From assembly GCA_030141605.1 (NCBI GenBank), contig JAQGDQ010000242.1:186001-250000 (forward strand): a stretch of 64,000 bases of DNA, written 5' to 3'. The stretch comes from Tubiluchus corallicola. Its lineage: Eukaryota; Animalia; Priapulida. A program made the position numbers and the translations under genes. Shown here piece by piece: positions 1-13,468 of this stretch; position 1 is the stretch's first letter; the number at the start of each line of letters is the position of its first letter. The notes under the pieces were generated by a model, which ran no database searches, was not told the DNA's origin, and saw only the letters and a program-made list of their open reading frames with translations.

Positions 1-2254
1 CTGTAGCTAAATATGTTTAACCATTTATAAACATTTGACTACGAGTAATAAACTATTCACTAATGAACAAGCAATGTAAGTTTCTGTGCTTGTGAGGTAT
101 GTTCCCTAATGTCATCTGTACGTTCCAAACTAAATTTGCACATGACATTGAACATATGAGTTGCAACAACTTTATGAGTGTGAAATTTATTTCCCATAAT
201 AGAGGACCTGTGTAAAATTGAAATGAAACCAGAAAAAAACAATGTTGAAGTGTGTATAACTGAATGTATTAACGAGACTATTTAAAATTTGCTGAAACTT
301 AACAGAAATCCTTCCTAAATCATCAAAAAATTTTCAACATTTCGGAAAATACCAAAATCTATAAATTATTATTATCTCACACTATATTACCATCGCAGCT
401 TAAAGGAATCATTTCCTGATTATTTTGGGTTCTTGTGAGAATTTCAGACCAATGACACAGTTTTAAAAATGAAACAGTGAAATTCACTTAGAAACAATTA
501 GTCATATCCTTCAATATGCAGACAAAAATGCAAATGAAATGCTTAGAAATAGACTAAGATTTGCTCAATCAAAAATGCCATTATTCTGGCATTGGCAGGC
601 ATAGTTTTTAAATATGCGTGCAATTTATGCTAAATGCAACTACTGCACAAGCAGAATACCACCTAACCTAATTTAATCAATAATCAATCTCACTTAATCC
701 AAATTCTTTGACTAGATATTTATAACTGTGAATATAAAACAGATATAAATTGGCAAAATAAAGAACACAAAAACATTTTAAAACTTCTTAAAACCACCAC
801 AAAAACAATTTCAGTAACTTTTTAGTGAAGAATTGTTAACATTGATTGTTCAGTGTTGTAGCTGCTAGTGAAAAATGCTTAATTTAACCTCAACAATTGC
901 TGGCAATGATAAAAAAGAGAACAAGTATTATATCAAAAAAGAATAAGATTCTGCAGCGACTTGCACAATCTTAATAAAAGCTTTCATCAAGAACTAGTCG
1001 CGTCGAAAAAACTCTAGACAGCAGAATGTTTCAATGTTACACAAAACTATTCATAAAATACTCTGGCATTGTACAAACTGTTCAAAATACGTATATAAAC
1101 ACATGGTACATCATAACAACAAACCAAAACTCGTAGACTTGAATACTGCACGTAACTTGACTAGACAAACATACTGAGATCAGCAACAACAAATAAATTA
1201 AACTAACCTCACTATTATTTTACAATAAATAAAACTATATCTCTAACTTGAAATAACACTGAAATAAAACAACGAGGCTCAATGTTAAACATTCATCAGG
1301 GACAGGTGAGATTGACAAAATTGGCATAGCAATGATTAAACATTCCTTTAAAATGTTATGACTAGAATTAGGTTTTATTCTTATTAAACAAAATAATCAA
1401 CTTCGAAATATTTTTCTAAAAACTACACTGAAATTCAGGAAATGTAAGTATTCCCGACTTGCTAGTGCTGCAAAGTAAATATTAAAGGAAAGGACAAGTC
1501 ACTCAGCATGTTGAGTTTATTCTACTATCATTTAAACTTGAAAAAATGTAATAAAGAAATTTGTAAAAAATCCGTTTATAAAGCATAAAGGTAATTATTA
1601 CTGCAACAGTATAAAGATTTACAGACGAGGTGGTAGCCGCCATTCACTTGAAAATTATGATGTAGCTGTTGGACTTTCGTGACTTTTCGTAAGCGCATCA
1701 TGGCTTTTCCATTTAAACTAATTCAGACTTCTGCAACTAACTTAATGTTGGTGCAAGAATATCCCAAAATCAGCTATTTATTTTCTTTGCAAAAACAATG
1801 TGTTTGACTAAATTATATTTTTGATGGAAATTGACAGAATGCTGTTTTTGCTCGGTTGAATGACGTCATTGGTGGAAGAATGTATGTTCATAATGGGAGC
1901 ACGAAATGACAGCGACTTTACTAAAGTGAATCACACTTTTATTACTAAATCCTTGTAACATTTTCTGCAAACATTGAAATAAGCCCAACTTTCTAGAAGG
2001 CTTGTCGTTTCCTTTAACTTCTCAAAGAGACTCACCAAAATCTAATATCTAAGCAAAAGTTCATTTGATTCACTTCAGGCAGATGAAATGCCGACAGGTA
2101 ATCAATACACTAACAAGATCAACGGCACCCAAACCAAGCAGCAAGTAGTTCACAACAGGAAAGATGAATCAGAAGCAAAGAACTTGAGTGAAATTCAAAG
2201 TTTGATCTGAGAGAATGAATCTACGACAGAACCGTGAATAGAAGATCCACCAAC

Positions 2255-2496
2255 CTTGCACTCCTCCAACTGCTGCTCCAGTTTGGTCGCCTCGTCAGCT
2301 ATCGGTTCTGGCTTTTCTATCCACGACTCAAAGTTTGCCACGATGTCCTCCATCTGTCGGAGATCCTCGTAAAACTTTGCCGTCTCCTTCTTGAAAAGTA
2401 TTTGGTTGCGCCGCCCTTCCAGCAGCACTCCAAGGTCGGTCCATCTGGTGTCAATTTCACGAACCACAGATTCTACATTATCCGTTTTCTCTTTCA
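2255..2496 (-). CDS. Dys: Dystrophin/utrophin-like exon, end of spectrin repeat 4 into repeat 5 (equivalent to human DMD exon 20)
   Basis: cag acceptor 2497-2499, AAG|gttggt donor; 242 nt, phase 1->0; (V)KEKTDNVESVVREIDTRWTDLGVLLEGRR...LEQQLEECK. Confidence 0.93.
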
Positions 2497-2819
2497 CTGA
2501 AAATGAGCAACGTTTTCAAGGACGATATAAAACAAAGATGTACTAAGTAAAGCCATGTGCAGTGAGCATGTGCACGTAATAAAGCAACATCACGCACAGT
2601 TTGACTTCGTAAAAAAATTGGAGCAACCAAAAGCAGAACATGTAAAGACCATTAAATAACCATCTAGATTAAACACTCCTTCACAATGCTCACTAGTGGA
2701 GCAGTACACAAATAAACCAGGATCTTAGTCACCTCCATGTGCTCAACATACACCTGCACTGGTGGACTACTGTATGGTAAATTTAAAAATTGCTACAATC
2801 CAACAATTTAAAAAAAGCA

Positions 2820-3085
2820 GACGGTATAGTCTAGCGTTAATGTGTCAGCCTTCCGTCTTGGAGGTCGTGAGGTTTATACTGGGGCTGAGTCATACCAAAG
2901 ACTTTAGAAAATGGTACCCGCTGTTGTCCTGCCGGGTGCGTTGTATTTAGGGTAAAAGCAGGGTAATAATAGACTCTGTTATGTAACTGTAGTATTGTTA
3001 TTTACAGTTGGCAGAAAGCTCTTTGAGCTTATGTTAACTGCTCATCTAAAAGCCAACTTTAAATAAAGATTATTATTGTTGTTGT
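2820..3085 (+). mobile_element. tRNA-derived SINE, copy 1
   Basis: tRNA-like head, core GTCATACCAAAGACTTTAGAAAATGGTACCCGCTG, tail AAATAAAGATTATTATT; alignable by eye with 23860-24107 and 49932-50060. Confidence 0.75.
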
Positions 3086-3165
3086 ACACTTTAAAACATT
3101 CAGAATTCTATGTAATATAACACCTGCTATAATGCAATACGGTGTATTACACAACAACACATTAC

Positions 3166-3253
3166 CTGCTTTTAGTTGTTTAATAATTTCGTCGGCACAC
3201 TGCTCCATCCGTTTCTTCTTTGCCGTCTTCTCTTTCATTTCTTCTTCATGTTC
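3166..3253 (-). CDS. Dys: Dystrophin-like exon, spectrin repeat 4 (exon 19 equivalent)
   Basis: tag acceptor, G|gtaat donor; 88 nt, phase 0->1; EHEEEMKEKTAKKKRMEQCADEIIKQLKA. Confidence 0.9.
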
Positions 3254-3649
3254 CTACATGACAGTACAAAGAAAACATCAAAACCATCACTCGTTTAAAG
3301 TAACTGCAAAGCACATTTGAGCAAGTAACAGGGACTGAATCCTGCAAATGTTTTGCTAAAGAAATTTAATATATATACATTATTTGAATAAAACTAGGAC
3401 TGCAATCAATTTTTAAATTACTGAAGCACACCTGAGTGTAAAATTTGCCAAGTTCTTGTTGCTAAATTACAGTAACACTACCACTTATTTTGGGCATTTT
3501 ACAATATAATTGAAACCACCTTGTCTAGCATGTTTACAATTTTGTTATTCTGGTGACCAAGGCGCAATTTTGTGTCTTTTTAAGCTTTGCCAAAACAAAT
3601 AATCAATTTTTTTCTCACTGCATTCTTGTCATCAAATAAGTATGCAATA

Positions 3650-4140
3650 AAGATCATAAAGATCAAATTAATTCGTTCAGGAGGGGCTTTCGTATCTTAT
3701 AATTTTTCTATTATGAGACAAGATTTACCCTATAAATGGCATAATTCATTCCAGCCCCCCTCCGCCCCAGAAAACAGTCGTTCAAAGTGTAAATATTGTA
3801 CCAACCCGAAAGAAATATGTTCATAAATGACAACATAACCATTTACATAACTGTTAAAAAACAATGAGAAAATAATAAAATCAATGAAAAATAATAATGA
3901 ATGCTGTTACGAACAATGACACTTTACCTGTCGAAGCGTTCGCGTGTTGTGCACAACAAAGCGTTCACATAACGCTACGAAATGCATTCTGGAAGGACTG
4001 CTGTCGGGTGGCACTTTTGATTTTCGTTTTCGTATCTTAAATATTTTTTCGTTAAATGAGACGGAAATTTCTTCGAAGCCCGATTCGCATTCTGAATTTT
4101 TCGTATAACAGGGTTTTTGTAAGTTGAGGTTCCACTGTAT
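3650..4140. mobile_element. Decayed Tigger/pogo-like non-autonomous element
   Basis: ends in GAGGTTCCACTG-TA; repeated TTCGTATCTTA...TGAGAC motifs; left end uncertain. Confidence 0.45.
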
Positions 4141-4409
4141 TACACACAGTTAGTAAATATGAAAGATGACACTAGTATAATAGTACTGGTTTCGTGCTTT
4201 GAAAGTACTGAGATGTGAGAAAACTTTGCACAAATTTTTTAAAAATCACATTTTTTCGTACATCACACAACTGACTTTGACAACCGATGCATCCTGTCAC
4301 GATACAGCTTAGCAATTCACAAAACTAGTGGTACACATGTTTTTGTAGGAAATTACTTGCAAGTATTTAAATGTGAAGAAGCAAATATGTCACCGTCTCA
4401 AGTACGTAC

Positions 4410-4730
4410 CTTGCATTGCTGCAGCTGTTCCTTTAACGTCAGCTCATCTAGCGCACTCTTTCCCGGCTGGTTGATCATCATCAGTACGTCGTCCATGTTG
4501 TCCAACCACTCAGTCAACTCTGTCACTATGTCTTCAAACTCTTTATGCACAGAACTGTCGAGTTTGATCTTTTTGTAGCCACCCTGAATTAGGATACTCG
4601 ACTGTGTTGACGTCGTCGTTACCGTCTCGGTTACCGTCTGATCGCCATCTTGCACAATGTGCGTTTCCACCTGGCGGGATTTCTCTTTGGGTATCACTGC
4701 TGTTTTGAACTGGTAGCCAGCTTCTGCTAT
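4410..4730 (-). CDS. Dys: Dystrophin-like exon, hinge 2 plus start of repeat 4
   Basis: tag acceptor, AAG|gtacgt donor; 321 nt; IAEAGYQFKTAVIPKEK...TVTETVTTTST...KKIKLDSSVHKEFEDIVTELTEWL...QQCK. Confidence 0.9.
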
Positions 4731-5356
4731 CTAAATGAGTTATTTCAAGGTTAGGATTATTTCCAACTTTAGGGTGTGTTATACTAAAAAGCTGAACAGC
4801 ATAACATTCAGAACAAATTTACAGCAAGTGAAAGGATCTCATAATTTTATCCTTCAATGAGATTCATTTTTTCTATGAAATACCAAGCAAATGATCTATG
4901 GATTCTTCTTTTATTATGTTCATTATACGTTTAGCATGTCCAAGTTTTGCTTTTTTTAACGTGTTCTAAATATGAGATTTTCTTTGCAACTGCCTTAAAC
5001 TCTAATTATAAAAATTATAGTAGTTTTTTATGAAATGGTTAAAATGATCTCTCACATAAAATGACGTCTTTGTTCATTGATAAAATTATGAAGCACTAAG
5101 GAAATATGGAAATGCGCATGTGTCTGATTTGTTTACTAAAATACAAATATTTCGGCACCCACTACTGATGCACTTTGAATCAACCATTGTTACACATTAG
5201 CAACTGAAAACAAAATATAAAGGCTGTTCTTGGATAAGCAGAACTTTCAATTATCCTAAAACTTATGTTGCTACTCAGCTCAAAGGTTTAACCTGTTTTA
5301 GCCACATGAGCTCTTCACAGGATTAAAGATTTTATTTCCACAAAGAAGTGGTTGCT

Positions 5357-5455
5357 TCCAATCTTCATCAATCTGCCCCACCTGTATACGACGCAATACA
5401 AGTGACTACTTTCAATCTTCACCAATCTACTTTACCTGTATACGACGCAATACAA
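5357..5455. repeat. Two-copy ~54 bp tandem duplication
   Basis: CAATCTTCAYCAATCT...ACCTGTATACGACGCAATACAAG occurs twice. Confidence 0.85.
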
Positions 5456-5529
5456 GGATAACATTTTAACAAATCTACGAAAACCAGATTGTCACATTAG
5501 AAATTCTGCGTAAGATTAACTTAACGCAC

Positions 5530-5712
5530 CTTGACGCTCTGGGCTTCCATGCGTTTGACAATCCTTTCCCACCGGACGGAGAAATCCTGCAGCGTGAGGT
5601 TCAACTTGTCCACGGCCGGAGAACTCTTCTCTAGGTGATTAGCGACTTCCTGTGCAGTGTCGTTCAGGTGTGTGAACTTTCCACGCTGCAACTCCATCTC
5701 CTGCTGGACTAT
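5530..5712 (-). CDS. Dys: Dystrophin-like exon, end of spectrin repeat 3
   Basis: cag / AAG|gtgcgt; 183 nt; IVQQEMELQRGKFTHLNDTAQEV...DFSVRWERIVKRMEAQSVK. Confidence 0.92.
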
Positions 5713-7000
5713 CTGTTAAAATGACAGAAAATGTATCATAAATAAAAAACCAGAAAATAAATAAACTAAATAAGTCAGGCTTGCATAATTTACTTATCCA
5801 AAAAACACAGAAAACTAACAAAATTAACAAACAAGGAATTTCAGAGATTGGAGATTTGACGCTCATTTCGAAGGAAACATGTAACAATACATAAGATATT
5901 GCTGATTTTCAGACTCATGAAATGGGTGTACTCTATCCACAAAAGCATGTTACACTAAAATATTCACTTTCTGAATAGCTAGAATGGAATTTAGCAGAGC
6001 GCAGACCTCTACCAAATGAAAAAAACATCCAGATTTGGCAGCCTTCTGCTCCTTCCACATTCCATTCGATGGCTCAAATCCGCACCTAAGTTTAATGGGG
6101 GTCTTCCTTACCTCGTGGCTGTACATAAAAAACAGACAATATAATTTTTTAAATGCACGTTTGTGATGCTTTAAGTAAACGGTCCGAATGTGCCTGCTGA
6201 ATGTCCGTATTTACCGATACTAAGCTAATACAGTAGGTGCCGTGTATTAGACTCACGATAATGTAGAATCAATCGCCTAATTGTATATAAAAGTGTCGGC
6301 AATTGACACAAATAACTCTGCACATCCTAAAATAAGATACTTTAGTGTGACCAATGAGCTTTTACTATTTTATGTCATCTTGCTTCGCTTTTGTGCACAT
6401 AGACACATATAATATACATAGAAACAATCACGTTAAGTACAGTCGTTGCACGCTCCTTGGTTACACTGATGTAATGATGTAAACAAAGTGACGGCCTGCC
6501 AACTAGGGGCCAGCTCGCGAAACAATGGACTGTGTCCGTAGTATGCGGGATTTTTTAATGGTTCAGATTTTGTCCGATTCTTCCGATATCCGTAAAAGCG
6601 AAGGCCCGGCAAGCTGAGATATGAGTGTACTTACCAAAATGAAATAGATGGCAGCCTACTGTAGCTGAAACCATTTTAACTTATGACTGCTGGATGATAA
6701 TCATGCCGATATTATTGGAATATTAATAGGTTAGAGTGGAAGTGAGAGAAAGATTGAAATAATTTCACTATTCCCTTAACTTGTTTCAGGTAAATATAAT
6801 CGAGGTCTGGAATCTTATCCCGAACATTTGGTCCCATCTTAAACCGGTCTCGACCTCCAATTAGCATCCCGAACCAATGATTGCGAACCTGTCTGGAACT
6901 TCAAACACCCTTATACTTATTCCAAGTCCCACATTTCCAAAGGGTTTCATGTAAATTGTGTAAGTAGTTTTTGCACAATGGGATTTATTTCTCAGCTAAC

Positions 7001-7103
7001 CTGCAAGTTTTTCACATGGTTTGCAACGGCTTGAGCATCCTCAAAATCAACATCATCCATCTGATCCAGCTGCTTCTCTTTGTCGGTTAACCACTGGTCA
7101 AAC
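7001..7103 (-). CDS. Dys: Dystrophin-like exon, spectrin repeat 3
   Basis: cag / CAG|gttagc; 103 nt, phase 2->0; FDQWLTDKEKQLDQMDDVDFEDAQAVANHVKNLQ. Confidence 0.92.
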
Positions 7104-7623
7104 CTGGTCACAAAATAAAAAATAAATTACAAAAATTTGGCACGCTGAATCTTTGTGACGTCAGAAGAGCATAATAAAAGTTAATTTGTAACACTTTACT
7201 TTTACTGAATGATTAGTGTTTATTAATAGTAATTGTTTACTAAATAAATTTAAACGTTTACTAAATTGCTAAATAATCATCGCTTTTGAAATTCTTGCTA
7301 AAATATATCAACTCTGGGTTCAAATCCCTGCCAGAGAAATTTTTCATTTTCAATTTTTTAATTTTTTCTGCATGCAGCTACCAAATACACAGTTTCTTTG
7401 TACTACTGTTTTCCTTGCTGATATTAAGACCAGTCACACATTTTGTATTGATTTATTTAATTACATAGCATCTACAAAGACCATTACAGTGTACACAAGA
7501 AATGCTCAGTATATTAATTAACTACCCGCCACTATAAAGTATGATATTGCAATCATATATACAATTATATTTTACAAATGCTAGTAAATTGGTTTAAATA
7601 TGTAAGGAAAAAGTCTTGCTCAC

Positions 7624-7759
7624 CTGGTTTCCTCCTCTGCAAAATGCGTCCAGTTAATTAAGACCTCCTGTAAACGAAGCCATCGTTCTTCTGTCCATCG
7701 GCAAACACTTGCCCATCGTTCGCTCAGGGAAGCCAACTGATTCTCCAAAGCCTCATAAG
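7624..7759 (-). CDS. Dys: Dystrophin-like exon, repeat 2/3 junction
   Basis: tag / AG|gtgagc; 136 nt, phase 1->2; [44 protein letters not shown] (dystrophin-type RWxxxCRWTE motif). Confidence 0.95.
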
Positions 7760-9520
7760 CTAAAATAACGAAAACCGCAAATTATCTAATCAGAAGCGGA
7801 TATATTATGTATACCAGCTTACACGTTTAGCCAAATAGTGATTAGGATAGTCAAGGACATACCTTTGACTGCAAGGTGCATCACACAGAAATGCACATAT
7901 CATAGTTTTCAGTGAACTGTATATTTTTCAGTCTAAAGCAATGCAAAGAGCTTTTCAAGCAGAGATTAACATCAGCTACAGAATGATTACCTATTAGCAG
8001 AAAACAAAAACATATAAACGCCCATACGAGAAATGTGGCATCAACCATGTTTCTATCACTTGTTATCACTAATGCACCTTTGATCACTTATATGCAAAGA
8101 TAACACCGAACCTAAAGTTAGCGCGCACTGTGATACCTGTACTTATAATGTAAATAGAACACAATAAACATTAGTATACAACCAACTTACAGTGGAATGC
8201 TCATACGCATGCAAAGTGAGCAGTGTATGTTAATAAATCACCAATTATTCAATGACAAGTACATATGTAGTTGCACATAAGAGGTGTTAAAAACATGGCT
8301 TAGTGCACAAACCAAACTTTAAAATATTATGTGTGGTTCACCAGCTATCAGCAGGTTTAAGGTATTACTTATCAATCCACACCAAGTATGCAAGTGGTAG
8401 TTACCGAATCGACGTCCAATTGTTTTAACTTGAAAAAATAGATAAAAGTCGAAAATTCAACTTTTCAGCCATTGCATTATCTATACGAGTGGTCAACAAC
8501 CACAACACATTCGGGCAAATTAATCGTAAGACGAATTTGACATAAGTCAGACCCGTATATTAAAGTAGTGCGCCTGTATGGCAAAAATGTGTGTGTGCGT
8601 GCACTACGTAAAGCGGCACTTAAATGAATTTAACGACACAGACAGCGATTTAAACTTACTTTGTTTAGGACTAAAAAATAGAAGGAAATATAAGTTATAA
8701 ATGGATTTGTATAATTAAATAATATAAATTGTGGCTGCGTCGTTGAACAGTTGCAAGTTGTATAGGTCGTAAGTGGATGACTACATGTACAACAATTATA
8801 TGGAACAACAATGCAACTGCACAATTATGCAACGAATGATCTTAAAGATGTCTCTATTTTTCAAGATTTATAAACTATTTAATTAAAATTTTTAAAAAAT
8901 CTAAATTATACACGAATTCATTATGAACCCATATTAACCATTTATACCTTATACGTAAGCAAACATGTATTGTGAGCCTCTGTAAGTGCAGTTGCAAATG
9001 ACCATTGACCATTTAAATATTTATTCATAGTTTGTGTACTGATACTATTGAATATTTACGCTATCAGAACTTCAGAGTAAAAGAGGAACGTAACTCTAGG
9101 ACTTTCTTTATATTGTCCAGCATGCCGTGAGTATCCAGCACTTAACGGCTAGCCCCACTCAATGTAGATCATTGCGGAGAAAAAGAAAATACCCAGAAGT
9201 AACTGTGAGTGACCACCCATTCATTTATCAACTAGACCACGCATTGCTTGACTTCATTTGTTAAACACACAACACCATTACTTACTCATTCCCTACTAAA
9301 TATTCACATTAAAAGTTTTTTTGGCCAACAACTTAAAATATGCTCGAATTGCTTTGAAATACGTTGTTTGTCTGCCCTCACTCAAGCCTAGATTACCATT
9401 ATCTAGGTGGCTCATAGTTTCACTAACGGGTATTAAATAAAAAAATATAAATGTTCAGTGTCAGTAACTTAAAACTACATTGCAATAAACTGTCTTTTTT
9501 CTATAACAAGTGTAACTTAC

Positions 9521-9611
9521 CATTTTCAGGACTATTTTCGTCTACGACTACAACCATGTTGCTCAAAAGATTCACCTTCTGTTGCTGCTTTTCCAAATCC
9601 GATTGAAATTT
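9521..9611 (-). CDS. Dys: Dystrophin-like exon, spectrin repeat 2
   Basis: tag / G|gtaagt; 91 nt; KFQSDLEKQQQKVNLLSNMVVVVDENSPEN (the MVVVVDE motif is a dystrophin/utrophin signature). Confidence 0.96.
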
Positions 9612-10534
9612 CTAAATAAAATTAACAATATTTAGTTATACAAAATGCAGGTAACAAATTAAATGAAGAGCAATAAAAAATATTACAACTTGAGAGGTTC
9701 TAAATCAATCTAGTTGTGGTTGGCGCATCTAATAAATCTGTGTTGCTCCTTAAAAAACAACTCTTTTAGAACAGCTAAGATCCAAACACACTGAAAAATA
9801 ATTATTATGAATATTACTTGTGAAGTAATATAAAATACTTTTCCTAAGCTGATGAATTGTGCATTGCTAAATACACTAATGAAAAGGGCTTTTTTTAATT
9901 AAAGGGAAACCGTTAGTCATAAGTTATTTATTTCACATGGCACATTTACAATAGTTCAATAGTTTTGTGTACAATACACAGTGAAAGGGTCTACAAAGAA
10001 CATAATACAAATAAGTTTTTACTGTTTCTGTACAAAAAAGCCTCACACAATGTTTGCCTATATGCAAATGTAAATGTGTAGCGGGCAATCAAAAAGCAGG
10101 ACTTGTTAGATTGTCCTACACTGTGAAAGTAAAAAAAGTAATGAAAATAAACTGAAAATTATGAAGCGACTCGTGTAATAAAGAAAACATTTAGTGCTTC
10201 AGAATGGAGTGACATGATGAATGAAGCTCATATATGAGATGTTCATTAAAATGGTTGTATGTAATATTCAGTGCTGAGTTAAAATGTCTAATTGTACACA
10301 TGCTACTTGCTCCAAACAGAGCTTTTAGCTGTATGTAAGAATTTGCTTCTGCCCTTTAAATATCTAGTGCAGTTATAAGTTCACAAGGCAAAAGACATTG
10401 AGACTTAATCATTTAAAGCTAGAAAGTAAATACACATAAGTAAATATGTTAACATCAATATAAAAAAGGTAAATAAACGCTTAGCTAAACAAGAACAGCA
10501 TTCAGAACATTCAGCTTTAGTTCCTGCTACGCAC

Positions 10535-10679
10535 CTTGTGTTCTTCTACTTGTTGTTTAACGACATTCAAATCAGCACCTATTGGACCTTGTTTAGCTAT
10601 AAAATCTTCCGTTTTTGACAACCAGTTGTCCAACGTGTCAAGCTGTTCCTGCTGCAGTCGTGCCAGAATCTCGTGTAAC
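10535..10679 (-). CDS. Dys: Dystrophin-like exon, start of spectrin repeat 2
   Basis: cag / AAG|gtgcgt; 145 nt; LHEILARLQQEQLDTLDNWLSKTE...VKQQVEEHK. Confidence 0.95.
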
Positions 10680-11394
10680 CTGCATAAAAACAATTCAATA
10701 TCATGTAAAATAAGAAAAACTGATAGATAATTAGTTACGCCATTTACCATTACGCCAGTCTGAAATTCTTACTGGTGAAGGAATAGTAAGAAAGAATAAT
10801 TCAAAAAACAACAATTCTGACAACACATACCGTAGTTCAAGTAGACGAACAGACGGTTATTGTTAAGCTTTGATTCACTTTACTGCAAGATTTAGTGACT
10901 GCCTGTACATTAAATTAGGTTGTCCCACTCAGATACATTACAAAGTGAGCAATGATTTTCATTTATTTTATCAACTCCAAATTTTCAGCCAATACTTGTT
11001 CATTTTTCTTTTATAAGTTTTATTTCAATTGTACCATTTAGATTTATATGAACAGTTGAATTTATTTTATAGTTGTGAATTTGTTGCGCTAATTGCTTTT
11101 CACTAGTGCAAAACTGAAACGACAAATTTCATGTATCTCATGTGCAGCATACACTACCAATAAAGATGTCTATGTCTGTATAACTGACAGCAGTACATAT
11201 AATTTTATACACACTTGCAGTAATGTCACAACATTATTAATAAAAGATCCAGTAAGAAAACAAGATGTTTCAGTATTCTACACCGAGATACTCAAATTTG
11301 TTTTTGGTATTAACAACAGCGACAACAACAATAAAGTTAAGGGTTACACTGCTAGTCAATGACAATGCAAACTGCAAATAAAATAACAACTCAC

Positions 11395-11576
11395 TTTCCC
11401 TGCCGCTCCATACTCTGCAGCCTCAACGTTTCCCATCGATCACCTAGCAACCCCATCTGTACCCGTACTTCATTCTCCTCCTCATCAGTGACATTCCCAT
11501 CCAGAATGAGTTGATTCCCCTCTTGAAGGACCTTCCCAACTTGATGCTGGTGCTCGGATAAATCCAGCATAAAATC
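11395..11576 (-). CDS. Dys: Dystrophin-like exon, spectrin repeat 1 (exon 11 equivalent)
   Basis: tag / AA|gtgagt; 182 nt; DFMLDLSEHQHQVGKVLQEGNQLI...EEENEVRVQMGLLGDRWETLRLQSMERQG. Confidence 0.96.
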
Positions 11577-11674
11577 CTAGATAAAAATACAATGAAGTTT
11601 CTTGCACGCAAACTTTAATGTAAAAATGCTATAAGCAAGCACACTATGCACATTTATGCAAAAAAAAACATTAC

Positions 11675-11830
11675 CTCGTGTACTTGAAACTGTTCGCGGA
11701 CGACATGAACTTCCTCGCCAATAGGTGGCAGCGCAGTCAATCTTTCTTCGGCCTCAAGCAACCAAGTGAGCACATCTTCTAAGGCAGCTTGGTAGGTATT
11801 CAGGTCCACAGAACCCGTAGATGATAGAAA
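11675..11830 (-). CDS. Dys: Dystrophin-like exon, start of spectrin repeat 1
   Basis: tag / GAG|gtaat; 156 nt; FLSSTGSVDLNTYQAALEDVLTWLLEAEERL...VREQFQVHE. Confidence 0.96.
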
Positions 11831-12327
11831 CTAAAATAAACCATTAAAATTAATGACAGTGCTTAATGTCAAAAGTGTATCTGATGCAAAATGTTAATTC
11901 TACACAAGTATAAATGCAAAAATATAAAGTTATTCCACACCAGTTACAAAAAAGATAGAGTGGAAAAATCATTATCAATAATTTATATGCAATATGACTA
12001 AAGCTACAAAGAACATAGTAAAGGCAGCAAATTTCGATTTAAATAACTTTTATATAGCTTACTAATAGAATTCAATTGAACAATAAAATTTAGCAGTACC
12101 GAAATTTAGTTCTAACTGATAGTGAATCTACTTAATAATGAATCACAGAACAAGAAAATTTTTGTATATTAGTAACAAAAAATACTGATCCTAATTAGAG
12201 TATTATCACGAAAAAAAAATGCACACTTTTTAACACACTAATGAAGATTTGCATATCCAATGTATCAGAGGTCGCATTTCAAGTTTCTAAATCACTTTAA
12301 TTATCACTCATTTACCTATGCAATTAC

Positions 12328-12378
12328 ACTCCCACTTGCAGTTCTGTTAACAGTTCTGGTTACTACAGAATCTGTACA
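12328..12378 (-). CDS. Candidate small hinge-1 exon of the dystrophin-like gene
   Basis: ctaatgacag acceptor, 51 nt phase 0-0, CTDSVVTRTVNRTASGS, weak AGT|gtaatt donor; fits the frame between its neighbours but no recognisable homology. Confidence 0.4.
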
Positions 12379-12794
12379 CTGTCATTAGAAATCCGTATCT
12401 AGAGCTCGTCTTGCATGAAAAACACGGGAGATTCACACACGTTTTTTAACACTTTGTGTTCATAAATATATCGCTTTCGAGACATTTGACCGTCATCTCG
12501 CCAAGGTTTCACAGTTTAACACAAACATTTTAATTTGATTTATAAAGTGCTCTACTAACAAAAAGCCATCATAAAACATAGATGCAAAACATCCACAAAA
12601 AGAGGCAATGCTCAATTAACAAAGAATGCATTCTGTAAATGAATTTCCACTTTCGTGTCCTAGCAAAGTTAAATAGGAAGAAAGTATATCTTAAAAAACT
12701 TCCCATACAAAGTCATATTGTATAGCATTACACTTAGCTGTTTGAAAGACTTATGTAATTGGAAAAGAAAATTCTTAATGTAATAATTTAAAAT

Positions 12795-12857
12795 ATTTAT
12801 GTCACCTGGTAAAACAGTACTGCACTGCCATCCCAGTGTGCACCACTGGTTCACCAG
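12795..12857 (-). repeat. Dispersed repeat fragment; related copy at ~33268-33330 (+)
   Basis: GGTGAAYCAGTGGTGCACACTRGRATGGC...TTTTACCAGGTG is shared by both sites. Confidence 0.7.
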
Positions 12858-13349
12858 AAATGCATTATTGGGCTTACTGACAATATAAAGTAATTTATAC
12901 TTGTGTTTAATTAAGTGAAGTGTGTGCTACAAATGCTCTGAATATTTCTCAAACTTTACACAATGTTATTTAAACTTGTTACAAATGACTTGCCATTAAA
13001 ATGGCTGCACCTAATGGTGATCGCGGGAATTTAAATTTACAAGACGTATGCAGCGTTACTGTTAATACAAGCCCGGTACACGATAAGACAACTTGTCAGT
13101 GATAAAAATTTCGAAAACAATTTTTTAAGCTTTATTTATGAAGAACATTTTCATTTGCTTTAACTTTGATAATAATTAGAATTTTAAAGCAAATTGACAC
13201 ATTAGATTATTTATTTAGACCCTAAATAAAATATATTTGATCTTAAATAATTAATCAGAATTTAAATTAATGCAGTGTAATAAAGATTAAATAAGACTAA
13301 TACTGGATAACATAAAAATCAAGCAACATTTTGTGTAAAAATCACTTAC

Positions 13350-13468
13350 CTCAGATCGTAAAGACTCTGGTATGTCTTCTATTACTATATTGGAGTGTGG
13401 AAGGACTTGGAAAAAGCACATTAGGTACATAATAATAGACTTCTTGTCTGGATATTCAACATTCACGT
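13350..13468 (-). CDS. Dys: Dystrophin-like exon, end of CH2 / start of hinge 1
   Basis: cag / GAG|gtaagt; 119 nt; DVNVEYPDKKSIIMYLMCFFQVLP... Confidence 0.96.

Noticed and set aside
60-242. ORF behind a good acceptor at 208 as the next dystrophin exon
   Set aside because: The required phase-0 frame stops after VLYYGK, and the open frame shows no spectrin-repeat pattern
12795-12880. Exon-like AG...GT segment in the hinge-1 intron
   Set aside because: It matches a dispersed repeat at 33.3 kb and begins with TAA in the required frame
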